A stretch of DNA of 64,000 bases from Polyangiaceae bacterium (GTDB taxonomy: Bacteria > Myxococcota_A > Polyangia > Polyangiales > Polyangiaceae): NCBI GenBank assembly GCA_039809485.1, contig JBDHVE010000030.1, positions 1,752 through 65,751 on the forward strand, in the 5' to 3' direction. Shown here piece after piece: positions 17,695-26,991 of this stretch. Both the position numbers and the translations under genes were made by a program. Numbering within the stretch: position 1 is the first letter of the stretch; each line of letters starts with the position of its first letter. The notes below the pieces were generated by a model, which was not told where the DNA came from, did not search any database, and saw nothing but the letters and a program-made list of their open reading frames with translations.

Positions 17695-19125
17695 ATGCGC
17701 CGTCTCTGCCTTGCCGTCTGCCTGACCGGAAGCTTCGTCGTCGCATGTGGCGACGGCCCCGATGCGAACACGCCCGCCCGCCCGCCGATTGCCGACAAGT
17801 GGCTCGCGCGCGCGAAGAACGCCTATCGCACGGGCGATCTCGAGGACGCGAGCTCCTCGATCGAGGGGGCGCTCAAGGCGGCGCCGAAGGATCCCGAGAC
17901 GCGCATCCTCGCCGCGAAGGTCGCGCTCGCTCGCCTCGACTACCCGACGACGATCAAGCTGACCGAGGGGATGGCGACGACCGACTCGCGTGCCCTCCGC
18001 GGTCGCGCGTTCTGGTACCAGGGCGACATCGAGCGCGCCGCCGACGAGCTCGAGGAGATGCTCCGCGACCCGGCGGTGAAGGATCCGTGGGCGCGCGACG
18101 TGTCGAAGCTCGCGCGGCGCGGTCAGGGACGGCACCCGTTCGCGCTCGAGGGCGGCGTCATCGCGTCGGTCGAGATGCCGCCCGCCGGCCCCGCGATGGT
18201 CGTCCCGTGCGAGCTCGACGGCGAGCGCATCCTCGCTCTCGTCGCGACCGCGATGGGCGAGGTGATGATCGACAACACCTCGCGCAAGGAGCCCTCCTGG
18301 GTGAGCCTGCGGTTCGGCGAGCGCCTCGAGGTGAAGGACGTCCCCGCCCTGCCGTACGATCTCTCCGCGCTCTCGAAGCAGCTCGGCGCGCCGATCAAGG
18401 CGCTCCTCGGCGTGAACCTCCTCCGCCACGCGCACACGACGTTCGACCGCCGCGGCTCGCAGTTCGTCGTGCGGAAGTTCGATCCGCCGGCGCCGCCGGA
18501 AGCCGCGAAGGTCCCCGTCTTCTACGTGCGCGGCGGCGGGATGATGGTGCGCGCGCAGGTGTCGAAGCAGGACGACGGCTCGCTCCTCTTCGTCGACTCC
18601 GCCGCCTTCTACCCGCTCGCGCTCGACGACCAGCTCCTCAAGCGCTCCGGCGCGGACCTCGCGTCGTTCCGCAACGAGCCGGGCGCGCCGCCGAACTGGA
18701 AGATGGGCTTCCTCCCCTTCTTCAAGCTGGGTCCGCTCGATCTCCCGCAGGTCCCCGTGATGCAGGGCGCGCCGCTCACCGAGTACCGCGGCAACTTCGA
18801 GGGCATCGAGCTCGGAGGCGTCCTCGGGGCGGGTCTCATGTCGGCGTTCCGCGTGACGTTCGCCGAGGACGGCCGCTACGTGTGGATGGAGCTCGATCCG
18901 TCGCTCTCCGAGCCGCCGCGCGAGGAGCGCCCCGCGCCGCCTCCGGCCGGCGCCGCGCCGGCGCCGGCAGGTGCACCGCTGAAGCTCGAGCCGCCGAAGC
19001 CCGGCTCGACGCCCGCTCCGGCCGCGACGCCGGCGAAGCCCGCGACGCCCGCGAAGCCCGCCCCGACGAGCGCCGCGCCGACGAAGCCCGCCCCCGCGAC
19101 CGAGAGCAAGGGAGCCGCGAAGTGA
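17695..19125 (+). CDS. Lipoprotein with TPR region and two retropepsin-like (aspartyl protease fold) domains
   Basis: VVAC lipobox; TPR-like helices; ILALVATAM...ALLGVNLLRH and LLFVDSAA...GVLGAGLMSAFRVTF; Pro/Ala/Lys-rich tail. Confidence 0.65.
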   Translation: MRRLCLAVCLTGSFVVACGDGPDANTPARPPIADKWLARAKNAYRTGDLEDASSSIEGALKAAPKDPETRILAAKVALARLDYPTTIKLTEGMATTDSRALRGRAFWYQGDIERAADELEEMLRDPAVKDPWARDVSKLARRGQGRHPFALEGGVIASVEMPPAGPAMVVPCELDGERILALVATAMGEVMIDNTSRKEPSWVSLRFGERLEVKDVPALPYDLSALSKQLGAPIKALLGVNLLRHAHTTFDRRGSQFVVRKFDPPAPPEAAKVPVFYVRGGGMMVRAQVSKQDDGSLLFVDSAAFYPLALDDQLLKRSGADLASFRNEPGAPPNWKMGFLPFFKLGPLDLPQVPVMQGAPLTEYRGNFEGIELGGVLGAGLMSAFRVTFAEDGRYVWMELDPSLSEPPREERPAPPPAGAAPAPAGAPLKLEPPKPGSTPAPAATPAKPATPAKPAPTSAAPTKPAPATESKGAAK

Positions 19126-19610
19126 GCGCACGGCTCGCCGTCTATGCCGGCAGCTTCGATCCCGCGACGCTCGGGCACCTCGACATCATCGAGCGCGCCT
19201 CGGCGCTGTTCGAGAACGTGATCGTCGCGATCGGCGTCCACCCGACGAAGCACCCGCTCTTCTCGCCGGACGAGCGCAAGTCGCTCATCGAGCAGATCTC
19301 GAGCCACCTCCCGAACGTGAAGGTGGACCACTTCGACGGCCTGCTCATCGACTACTGCCAGAAGAAGGGCGCGAGCGTCATCGTCCGCGGCCTCCGGATC
19401 ACGACCGACTTCGAGTACGAGCTCCAGATCGCGCACGCGAACGCGGACCTCTGCCCGCAGGTCGACACGATCTTCCTCCCGACCCGCACGAAGCACGGCT
19501 TCGTCAGCGCCTCGCTCGTCCGCGAGATCGCGAGCCACGGCGGCGACGTGAGCCGTTATGCGCCGAAGGTCGTCTGCGACGCGCTCGGCGCGAAGTTCGC
19601 GAAGAAGTAG
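19122..19610 (+). CDS. coaD: Phosphopantetheine adenylyltransferase
   Basis: AVYAGSFDPATLGHLDII, IVRGLRITTDFEYE, FVSASLVREIA. Confidence 0.97.
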   Translation: MSARLAVYAGSFDPATLGHLDIIERASALFENVIVAIGVHPTKHPLFSPDERKSLIEQISSHLPNVKVDHFDGLLIDYCQKKGASVIVRGLRITTDFEYELQIAHANADLCPQVDTIFLPTRTKHGFVSASLVREIASHGGDVSRYAPKVVCDALGAKFAKK

Positions 19611-19611
19611 G

Positions 19612-21195
19612 TCACGCGAGGGCGCGCGCGGCGGCGCGGTCGTCGACGCGGCTCTTCGGGAGATACTTCCCGCCTTCGTGATCGCGGAGCCACGCGACGA
19701 GCGCCTCGCGCACGTGGACGCGGAGGTTCCAGAGATCGCCTGCGTTCGAAGCCGAGACGAGCACGCGCACTTCGAGCGTGCGCTCCTTCGAGTCGGTCAC
19801 GACCACGCTCTTCGTGCGCTTGTCCCAGCACGGGTGGTCCGTCACGACCCGGTCGACCTCGGCGCGGAGCTCGTCGATCGGCAGCGTCCAGTCGACGTGG
19901 AGGAAGACCGTGCCGTGGAGCTCGGCGGCGACCTTGGTCCAGTTCTCGAACGGCTGCTCGAGGAAGCGGGTCATCGGCACGATCAGCCGGCGCTCGTCCC
20001 ACACCTTCACGACGACGAACGTGAGCGTGATCTCCTCGATCGTGCCCCACTCCTTCTCGACGACGACGACGTCGCCGATCCGGATCGGCTGCGTCGCCGA
20101 GAGCTGGATCCCGGCGATGAGCGACCCGATCGTGCGCTGCGCCGCGAAGCCGAGGACGACGCCGGCGAGACCGGCGGACGCGAGGAGGGAGAGACCGACG
20201 TTGCGGACGACGTCGAACTGGAGGAGGACGAGCGCTGCCGCGAAGATGCCGATCGAGACGTTCACGACGCGGCGGAGCACCCGCACCTGCGTCGTGAGCC
20301 CGCGCGAGCGCATCTCGAGCGACGCGGCGCCCTTCGCGGTCTCGACCGCGCGCCGCTCGACGATCCGCGACAGCACCGCGACGACGCGGATGACGACCCA
20401 CGCGGAGACGATGATCGTGAGCGACGAGACGATGCGCGCGATGACGGTCGTCGAGAGCGCGGAGAGGCCGAGCGGCTCGAGTAGGGCGCGGAACGCGAGC
20501 AGCGCGAAGCCGACCCGCGCCGGGCTGCGGAGGCTCTCGACGAGCTCGTCGTCCCAGCGCGGCGTCGTCTTCGCCGCGATCCGCGAGCCGATCCGCCAGC
20601 CGACCCACGCCGCGAAGCGTCCGACGACGACGGCGACGAAGAGCGCGAGCGCGAGGCCGAGCCACTGCCACGTCTCGAGCGCGCCGATGCGCGATCGGAG
20701 CGCACCGGGGACGCGCGTCTCGAGCCATCCGGCGCCGAACTCGTCGTGGAGCTTCGGGATCCGCGCGACGGTCGCGGCGGAGAACACCCACGAGGTCTCG
20801 GCGCCCGACTGCACGCGCGCGAGCGTGATCGGAACGTCGGTGCCGTTCAGGCGGACGACGCCGATGCGCTCGGCGTTGACGCCGTCCTCCGGCCGCCCCG
20901 CCGGCTCGTCCGACAGCTGCGCCGGCTCGAGGACGAGCGTGCGGTCGAGGACCTCGTAGAGCATCCGCGCGAGCTCGGGGCCGCGCGTTCCGCGCTGCGA
21001 AGGCGGGACCTGACGCAGATCGAGGAGCTCGGCCGCGCGAGCGTCGTCCCCGGCCTGCTCCGCCTCGAGGAACGAGGCGACGGCGCGACGTGGCGTCGCG
21101 CGCTCGAGCGGCCCCTCGACGTGCTCGGCGCGCGCGGAGGCAGGGAGGGACGCGACGAGGACGATGATCAACACGAGGAGTCGACGGAGACGCAC
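19612..21195 (-). CDS. MscS-family mechanosensitive channel with N-terminal periplasmic domain
   Basis: Signal peptide, TPRRAVASFL, TM helices, LGFAAQRTIGSLIAG, PIRIGD, GTIEEITL, IVPMT..LEQPFENW. Confidence 0.93.
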   Translation of the reverse strand: MRLRRLLVLIIVLVASLPASARAEHVEGPLERATPRRAVASFLEAEQAGDDARAAELLDLRQVPPSQRGTRGPELARMLYEVLDRTLVLEPAQLSDEPAGRPEDGVNAERIGVVRLNGTDVPITLARVQSGAETSWVFSAATVARIPKLHDEFGAGWLETRVPGALRSRIGALETWQWLGLALALFVAVVVGRFAAWVGWRIGSRIAAKTTPRWDDELVESLRSPARVGFALLAFRALLEPLGLSALSTTVIARIVSSLTIIVSAWVVIRVVAVLSRIVERRAVETAKGAASLEMRSRGLTTQVRVLRRVVNVSIGIFAAALVLLQFDVVRNVGLSLLASAGLAGVVLGFAAQRTIGSLIAGIQLSATQPIRIGDVVVVEKEWGTIEEITLTFVVVKVWDERRLIVPMTRFLEQPFENWTKVAAELHGTVFLHVDWTLPIDELRAEVDRVVTDHPCWDKRTKSVVVTDSKERTLEVRVLVSASNAGDLWNLRVHVREALVAWLRDHEGGKYLPKSRVDDRAAARALA

Positions 21196-21248
21196 GCCGC
21201 CGTCTTACCGGGGCTGGCGCCGCGGCGCCATGCTCCCGCCGCGCTGCG

Positions 21249-21524
21249 TCACTCGTCCGCCCAATCCCCGTCCTCTACCCCGTACTCGCGGGCGGCGCGT
21301 CCCTTCGCCTCCGCAAGGGAGGAATGCCAGGTGTGGCTCACGCTGACGCCGCTCGCGTCGACCCGGAGGAGCGTGACGCCCGCGCCGTCCGGGACGATGC
21401 GGAGCGCGACGGGATCCGGCACGTCGGCCATCCCTCCACGACCGAGGACGATGCTGCGCTGCGCCTTCGATCCGATCACGTGCTTCAGACTCGCCCGCAG
21501 CATCGTCACGCCCTCGCGAAGCAT
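21249..21524 (-). CDS. Small hypothetical protein
   Basis: C-terminal HTWHSSLAEAKGRAAREYGV..GDW resembles a recurring small-protein pattern; fills the gap between mscS and the phosphorylase gene. Start uncertain. Confidence 0.5.
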   Translation of the reverse strand: MLREGVTMLRASLKHVIGSKAQRSIVLGRGGMADVPDPVALRIVPDGAGVTLLRVDASGVSVSHTWHSSLAEAKGRAAREYGVEDGDWADE

Positions 21525-21561
21525 GGCACGGCACGCGGGGGCACGGTAACGTGGCGACCTC

Positions 21562-22404
21562 ATGAGCTCGTCCGAACCGACCGTCACTGCGCGCCTCGAG
21601 GAGACCGTCGCCGCCGTCCGAAAGAAGGTGAGCGCCGCGCCGAAGATCGGCCTCGTCCTCGGCAGCGGCCTCGGCGCGTTCGCCGACACGCTCGAAGACC
21701 TCGTGAAGGTGCCGTACGCGGAGCTGCCCCACCTCCCCGCCTCGAAGGTCGTCGGTCACGCCGGCAACCTCTGCTTCGGAAATGTCTCTGGCGTGCCCGT
21801 CATCGCGATGCAGGGACGCGTGCACGTCTACGAGGGGCATCCGATCTGGCAGGTCGTCCACGGCGTGCGCGTGATGGCGCGCCTCGGCGTCTCCGCCGTG
21901 CTCGTCACGAACGCGGCCGGTGGTCTCGAGGACGGATGGGCGCCGGGCGACCTGATGCTCGTCACCGATCACTTGAACCTCATGTACACGCACCCGCTGA
22001 TCGGCCCGAACGAGGACGGCCTCGGCACGCGCTTCCCCGACATGACCCACGCCTACGATCCCGAGCTCCGGCGCATGGCGCTCGAGGTCTCGCGCGAGGA
22101 GAGCATCCCGCTCCGCGAGGGCGTGTACGCGGCGCTGATGGGACCTTCGTATGAGACGCCGGCGGAGATCCGGATGTTCAAGACCCTCGGCGCGCAGGCG
22201 GTCGGGATGAGCACCGTCCCGGAGGTCATCGCGCTCCGCCACATGCGCACGCGCGTCGCGGCGCTCTCGTGCATCACGAACCTCGCGGCCGGCATCTCGA
22301 AGCACCCGCTCGACCACAAGGAGGTCGAGGAGACGGCCCGCGCACGGCGCGCCGATCTCGAGCGCCTCCTCCGCGGCTGGATCGTGAAGGTAGGTCGCTC
22401 GTGA
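21562..22404 (+). CDS. punA: Purine nucleoside phosphorylase (trimeric, PunA/XapA type)
   Basis: LVLGSGLG, GHAG, QGRVHVYEG, VTNAAGG, GPSYETPAE, AVGMSTVPE, ITNLAAG. Confidence 0.95.
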   Translation: MSSSEPTVTARLEETVAAVRKKVSAAPKIGLVLGSGLGAFADTLEDLVKVPYAELPHLPASKVVGHAGNLCFGNVSGVPVIAMQGRVHVYEGHPIWQVVHGVRVMARLGVSAVLVTNAAGGLEDGWAPGDLMLVTDHLNLMYTHPLIGPNEDGLGTRFPDMTHAYDPELRRMALEVSREESIPLREGVYAALMGPSYETPAEIRMFKTLGAQAVGMSTVPEVIALRHMRTRVAALSCITNLAAGISKHPLDHKEVEETARARRADLERLLRGWIVKVGRS

Positions 22405-22910
22405 GCGCGACGAAGAAGCGGGTCCGCGTCGCCGCCGGCGTGAAGCAGGCGAAGCCGAAGGCGAGCAGCCGTCGCCCCGGCAAGGCGAAGCCGAAGGCGA
22501 ACGTCCCGTCCGCGCTCCTCGACGACCTCGTCGCGCGCGCGACCGAGATCCGCGAGAACGCCTACGCGCCGTACTCCAAGTACCAGGTCGGGGCCGCGAT
22601 CGCGACGAAGAGCGGCCGCGTCTACGCCGGGTGCAACGTCGAGAACTCCACCTTCGGCGCGTCGATCTGCGCGGAGCGGAACGCCGTCGTGCAGATGGTC
22701 GCCGCCGGGGACCGCGAGATCGTCGCCGTCGCGGTCGTGACCGGCGACGAGGGCGCCTCGCCGTGCGGGATCTGCCGCCAGGTGCTCGCCGAGTTCGCCG
22801 CCGACGACGTCCCGGTCGTGATGGTCGGCCTCGGGGCGGAAGGCGGCGAGGCCGGACGCGTCGTCGCGCTCGGGGATCTGCTCCCGCTCGCGTTCCGGCT
22901 CGAGGCCTGA
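22401..22910 (+). CDS. cdd: Cytidine deaminase
   Basis: AYAPYSKYQVGAA, GCNVENS, ICAERNA, SPCGICRQ; GTG overlaps the upstream stop. Confidence 0.95.
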   Translation: MSATKKRVRVAAGVKQAKPKASSRRPGKAKPKANVPSALLDDLVARATEIRENAYAPYSKYQVGAAIATKSGRVYAGCNVENSTFGASICAERNAVVQMVAAGDREIVAVAVVTGDEGASPCGICRQVLAEFAADDVPVVMVGLGAEGGEAGRVVALGDLLPLAFRLEA

Positions 22911-23498
22911 TCAGTTGCAGCGACGCTGCTGCCGGTACTCCTGGAGCGAGAACGAGCACTCCTGCTCGTCGGCGTAGTTGACCCACTTCTCGCAGACACG
23001 CGAGGTCGAGTCGCCGCGCTGGTTCATCTGCTGGCAGCAGCGCGCGAGCTCCGAGCACGAGCCGCCGCTCTCGCCGTCGAAGAAGCCGCCGATCCCGACC
23101 CCGCCGCCCTGACAGACGACGAGCGCCGGCTGACAGACGGACGGGTCGTTCGCGAGCGCGACCCCGATGCACGCGAGGCGGTCGTAGAAGTCGCCGAGCT
23201 GGCCGCAGCACGAGCTGAGCTGCGCGCAGGACTGCCCGTTCGGCGGGGCCGCGTCGACGCGCGCATCGGTGCCCGCGTCGGTCGTCGTCGGCGCAGGCGG
23301 CGTGCTCGCGTCCTCTCTCTCACCGCGCTTCGTCGTGACGTCGCTCTCCTGCTTGCCCTCGTCGCGCGACGAATCGTCGTCGCCGTCGTCGGCGGTGCCG
23401 TTCCCGTTCGGGAGCGGAGGAGCTGCCGTACACGCGAACACGACGGACGCGAGGGCGGGTGCGGCGAGCAGACGAACGAAACGGAACGCGGAACGCAT
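22911..23498 (-). CDS. Cys-rich lipoprotein with two tandem CxxLxxCC repeats
   Basis: GGAGG RBS, VFAC lipobox, acidic linker, SCAQLSSCC and SCSELARCC modules. Confidence 0.7.
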   Translation of the reverse strand: MRSAFRFVRLLAAPALASVVFACTAAPPLPNGNGTADDGDDDSSRDEGKQESDVTTKRGEREDASTPPAPTTTDAGTDARVDAAPPNGQSCAQLSSCCGQLGDFYDRLACIGVALANDPSVCQPALVVCQGGGVGIGGFFDGESGGSCSELARCCQQMNQRGDSTSRVCEKWVNYADEQECSFSLQEYRQQRRCN

Positions 23499-23651
23499 CG
23501 GGAGACCTCCAGGGATGAAGGGCTCCGATACAGGGGCCGTGCCACTCGGCGGATCGCCGGCGCAGCAGGCTTTTCCAGGGGTGCGGGCGTGATGTGGCGT
23601 CGAGCACGCGGGGAGCACGATCCAACTACGTCGGTGCCGGCAGAAACGTGG

Positions 23652-23773
23652 GAACAGAGAAAACAGGAAACAGGGAACGGGCAACCGGCAACGGGCAATG
23701 CGCGCCCGGACGTGCGGCGTGCTGAAATATCGCCGGTTGCCGGTTCCCTGTTTCCTGTTTCCTGTTCTCTCTC
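23652..23773. repeat. Intergenic inverted-repeat element built from heptamer repeats
   Basis: Arm 23662-23689 AACAGGAAACAGGGAACGGGCAACCGGC pairs with 23732-23759 with one mismatch; 42-nt spacer. Confidence 0.9.
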
Positions 23774-23784
23774 TCCCGAGAGGG

Positions 23785-25221
23785 TCACGTACCGCGCAGC
23801 ACCAGCAGTCGCTCTTCGGTCATGTCGGCCATCGCCCACCGCACGCCTTCCCGCCCGAAGCCCGAGCCCTTCACGCCGCCGTACGGCATGTTGTCGACGC
23901 GGAAGCTCGGGACGTCGCCGACGACGACGCCGCCGACCTCGAGCTCGTCCCACGCACGCATCGCGTGTCCGAGGTCGGACGTGAAGAGGCCCGCCTGGAG
24001 CCCGTAGTCGCCCTCGTTCGCGATCCGGAGCGCCTCGTCGAGGTCGTCGAACGGCGCGAGCGTCACGACGGGACCGAACGCCTCCTCGCACGCGAGCTTC
24101 GCGTCGTGCGGCACGCCCTCGACGACGGTGGCGTCGAGCATCGAGCCCTTCCGCGAGCCGCCGACGAGGACGCGCGCGCCGCGCTCCTTCGCCTCCGCGA
24201 GCCAGCCCTCGAGGCGCTTCGCTGCGGGCTCGTCGATCATCGGGCCGAGGAACGTACCTTCGTCCTTCGGATCGCCGGCGGCGAGGCCGCAGACCCTGGT
24301 GACGAGCGCATCGCGGAACGCGTCGTAGAGCGACCGGTGGACGAGGACACGCTGCACCGAGATGCAGCTCTGCCCCGACTGGTAGAACGCGCCGAAGACG
24401 ACGCGGTCGACGACGGCGTCGAGGCACTTGCCCTGGTCGGCGTCGACGATGCACGCGGCGTTGCCGCCGAGCTCGAGCACGACGCGCTTCCGTCCGGCCC
24501 GCGCGCGCAGATCCCACCCGACCTTCGACGAGCCGGTGAACGACAGGAGCGCGATCCGCGGGTCCTCGATGAACGGCGCGACGTGCTCGATCCGCGAAGG
24601 CAGGATCGAGAACGCCCCTTCCGGCAGCTCGGTCTCGGCCAGCACTTCGCCGAGGACGAGCGACGAGAGCGGCGTCCGGTCCGACGGCTTCAGCACGAAC
24701 GGGCAGCCTGCCGCGATCGCGGGCGCGACCTTGTGCGCGACGAGGTTGAGCGGGAAGTTGAACGGCGTGATGAACGAGCAGACGCCGACCGGCACACGCT
24801 TCGTCATCCCGCGGGTGCCGCGCGCACGCGCGGAGATCTCGAGCTCGAGGACCTCGCCGGTCGGCCGGGTCACCTCGTCGGACGCGGCCTCGAACGTGTC
24901 GACGAGGCGGGTGACCTCGCCGCGCGCGTCGCGGATCGGCTTGCCTGCTTCGACCGCGAGGATCCTCGCGAGCTCCTCGCTGCGCTCGCGGAAGCGACGC
25001 GCGGCGTGCCGGAGCACGTCACGCCGCGCGTAGGGAGGGAGCTTCCGCATCGCTTCGCGTGCGCCGTGGGCGGCGGCGATCGCGCGCTCGATCTCGGCGG
25101 GGCCCGCGAGCGCGATCTCGGCGACGACCTCCCCCGAGTACTTGTCGGTGACGGGGAGACGGCCTTCGGTCGTCTCCGCGACCTGTCGATTGGCGAGCCA
25201 GAACGGGTGACGCTTGGTCAT
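23785..25221 (-). CDS. Aldehyde dehydrogenase (ALDH21-like)
   Basis: ITPFNFPLNL, LKPSDRTP, SFTGS, LELGGNA, SGQSCIS, EEAFGP, YGGVKGSGFGREG. Confidence 0.95.
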   Translation of the reverse strand: MTKRHPFWLANRQVAETTEGRLPVTDKYSGEVVAEIALAGPAEIERAIAAAHGAREAMRKLPPYARRDVLRHAARRFRERSEELARILAVEAGKPIRDARGEVTRLVDTFEAASDEVTRPTGEVLELEISARARGTRGMTKRVPVGVCSFITPFNFPLNLVAHKVAPAIAAGCPFVLKPSDRTPLSSLVLGEVLAETELPEGAFSILPSRIEHVAPFIEDPRIALLSFTGSSKVGWDLRARAGRKRVVLELGGNAACIVDADQGKCLDAVVDRVVFGAFYQSGQSCISVQRVLVHRSLYDAFRDALVTRVCGLAAGDPKDEGTFLGPMIDEPAAKRLEGWLAEAKERGARVLVGGSRKGSMLDATVVEGVPHDAKLACEEAFGPVVTLAPFDDLDEALRIANEGDYGLQAGLFTSDLGHAMRAWDELEVGGVVVGDVPSFRVDNMPYGGVKGSGFGREGVRWAMADMTEERLLVLRGT

Positions 25222-25236
25222 GGTTTCTCTCCGACG

Positions 25237-26910
25237 TCATGCGGCGAGGCAGGCGCGCCCGAGCGCGCGGAGCTCGTCTCCGAGGATGCGGTGGTTCGCT
25301 TCATAGTCGATCGGCACGTCGACGAGGTGGATGCCGGGCGTGCGGAGCGTCCGCGCGAGGAGCGGCCCGAGATCGCTCGCGCGTTCGAGCCGGTGCCCCT
25401 CGGCGCCGAACGCCTCGGCGAGGCGGACGAAGTCGGGGTTGCCGAACGTCATCGCGTGATCGGGGAGCGCCATCTCGACCTGCTTCCAGCGGATCATCCC
25501 GTAGCCGTCGTCGCGTACGACGAGGACGGTCAGGTCGAGGCCGAGCCGCTTCGCCGTCTCGAGCTCCTGCACGCTCATCATCAGCCCGCCGTCGCCGACG
25601 ACGGCGACGACCTTCCGCTCCGGGTGCACGAGCTTCGCGGCGATCGCGGACGGGAGCCCCGCGCCCATCGTCGCGAGCGCGTTGTCGAGGAGCAGCGTCC
25701 GCGGTGCACGCGCGCGGTAGCTCCGCGCGAACCACAGCTTGTACATCCCGTTGTCGAGGCACACGATGCCGTCGTCCGGCATCGCACGCCGGACCTCCGC
25801 GACGAGCCGCGGCGGATGGATCGGGAAGCGCGCGTCGTCCTCCTCGCGCGCGAGGTGCTCGAGGAGCCGCGCGCGGACGGCTTCGAACGGCGCGAGCCGC
25901 GACGGGACGGCCGGGCCCGGCAGCGCCGCCGCGAGACGCGTCACGGCGTCGGCGAGATCGCCGACGAGCTCGAGGTCGGGCGCGTAGACCGCGTCGACTC
26001 CGGGTGAGGTCGCGCCGACGTGGACGAGGACCGGCCCTCCCGGCCGAGGAAGGAACGGCGGCTTCTCGGTCGTGTCGTGACCGACGACGAGGACGACGTC
26101 GGCGCGCGCGATCGCGGCGTGCACCGCGTCGCCGGAGGATGTCGCCGTCGTCCCGAGCCAGAGCGGATCGGCTTCGTCGAGGACGCCCTTGCCCATCTGC
26201 GTCGTCACGAACGGGATCCCCGTCCGCTCGACGAGCGAGCGGAGCGCACGCGGGACGCGCTCACCTCGGCTCGCGCCTTCCCCGACGACGAGGAGCGGCC
26301 GCTCCGCGGCGGCGAGGAGGTCGCGCGCCTTCCAGAGCGCGCGCTCGTCGACGATCGGACGCGACGCACCGTGCGCGCGCGACGAGGCGTGGACGCTCGC
26401 GCGCTCGCGCGCGACGTCGTCGGGGAGCTCGAGCAGCACGGCCCCGGGGCGCTCGTCCTCCGCACGGCGGAACGCGTCGTGGACGCGCGCGGTCACCTCG
26501 GCCGCGGAGGCGAGCGTCCGCGCGAGCTTCGTCACGGGGCGGAGCGCGCCGACGACGTCGACGGTCTGGAACCGCCCCTGCGCGCCGCCGCGGAGCGGCT
26601 TCTGCCCGGTCACGAACAGCGCCGGGAAGCCGCCGAGCTGCGCGTACGCCGCGGCGGTGACGAGGTTCGTCGCGCCGGGCCCGAGCGTCGCGAGCGCGAC
26701 GCCGGCGCGGCCGGTGAGGCGTCCCACCGTCGCGGCCATGATCCCCGCCGCCTGCTCGCTCCGCGTCACCACGAGCGGGAGCCCTGCCGCGCGCATCGCC
26801 TCGACGAGGTCGAGCGTCTCCTCGCCGGGCACACCGAACACTCGCGTCACGCCTTCGGCCCGCAGCGCTGCGACGAGCAGCTCGGCCGAGGTCGCCTCGA
26901 TTCGTTCCAT
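25237..26910 (-). CDS. ThDP-dependent enzyme, acetolactate synthase-like
   Basis: FGVPGEE, TRSEQAAG, TLGPGATN, ITGQ-like VTGQ, ATMGAGLP, VVGDGGLMMS, FGNPDF. Confidence 0.93.
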   Translation of the reverse strand: MERIEATSAELLVAALRAEGVTRVFGVPGEETLDLVEAMRAAGLPLVVTRSEQAAGIMAATVGRLTGRAGVALATLGPGATNLVTAAAYAQLGGFPALFVTGQKPLRGGAQGRFQTVDVVGALRPVTKLARTLASAAEVTARVHDAFRRAEDERPGAVLLELPDDVARERASVHASSRAHGASRPIVDERALWKARDLLAAAERPLLVVGEGASRGERVPRALRSLVERTGIPFVTTQMGKGVLDEADPLWLGTTATSSGDAVHAAIARADVVLVVGHDTTEKPPFLPRPGGPVLVHVGATSPGVDAVYAPDLELVGDLADAVTRLAAALPGPAVPSRLAPFEAVRARLLEHLAREEDDARFPIHPPRLVAEVRRAMPDDGIVCLDNGMYKLWFARSYRARAPRTLLLDNALATMGAGLPSAIAAKLVHPERKVVAVVGDGGLMMSVQELETAKRLGLDLTVLVVRDDGYGMIRWKQVEMALPDHAMTFGNPDFVRLAEAFGAEGHRLERASDLGPLLARTLRTPGIHLVDVPIDYEANHRILGDELRALGRACLAA

Positions 26911-26967
26911 GCCGAGAAGATGGGAGCGGACCGCGTGGCGGCCCAGACGTTTGTTCGGATGCGAGCG

Positions 26968-26982
26968 ATAAGCATTGCTTAT
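26968..26982. promoter_or_regulatory. LysR-type binding site (T-N11-A palindrome)
   Basis: ATAAGC-ATT-GCTTAT, an AT-rich perfect dyad 9 nt upstream of the LysR ATG in the divergent intergenic region. Confidence 0.75.
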
Positions 26983-26991
26983 GATCGACGC

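Noticed and set aside
18950-19110. Pro/Ala/Lys repeats (also Ser/Gly runs near 40580 and 41880)
   Set aside because: Ordinary low-complexity protein linkers, not independent DNA elements.
23525-23545. Sigma54 promoter for the Cys-rich lipoprotein gene
   Set aside because: Perfect TGGCACG on the minus strand, but the -12 position reads GT rather than GC.
25237-26910. ilvB (branched-chain amino acid biosynthesis)
   Set aside because: No ilvH/ilvC nearby, and the ALDH/LysR context fits a catabolic decarboxylase better; gene symbol withheld.
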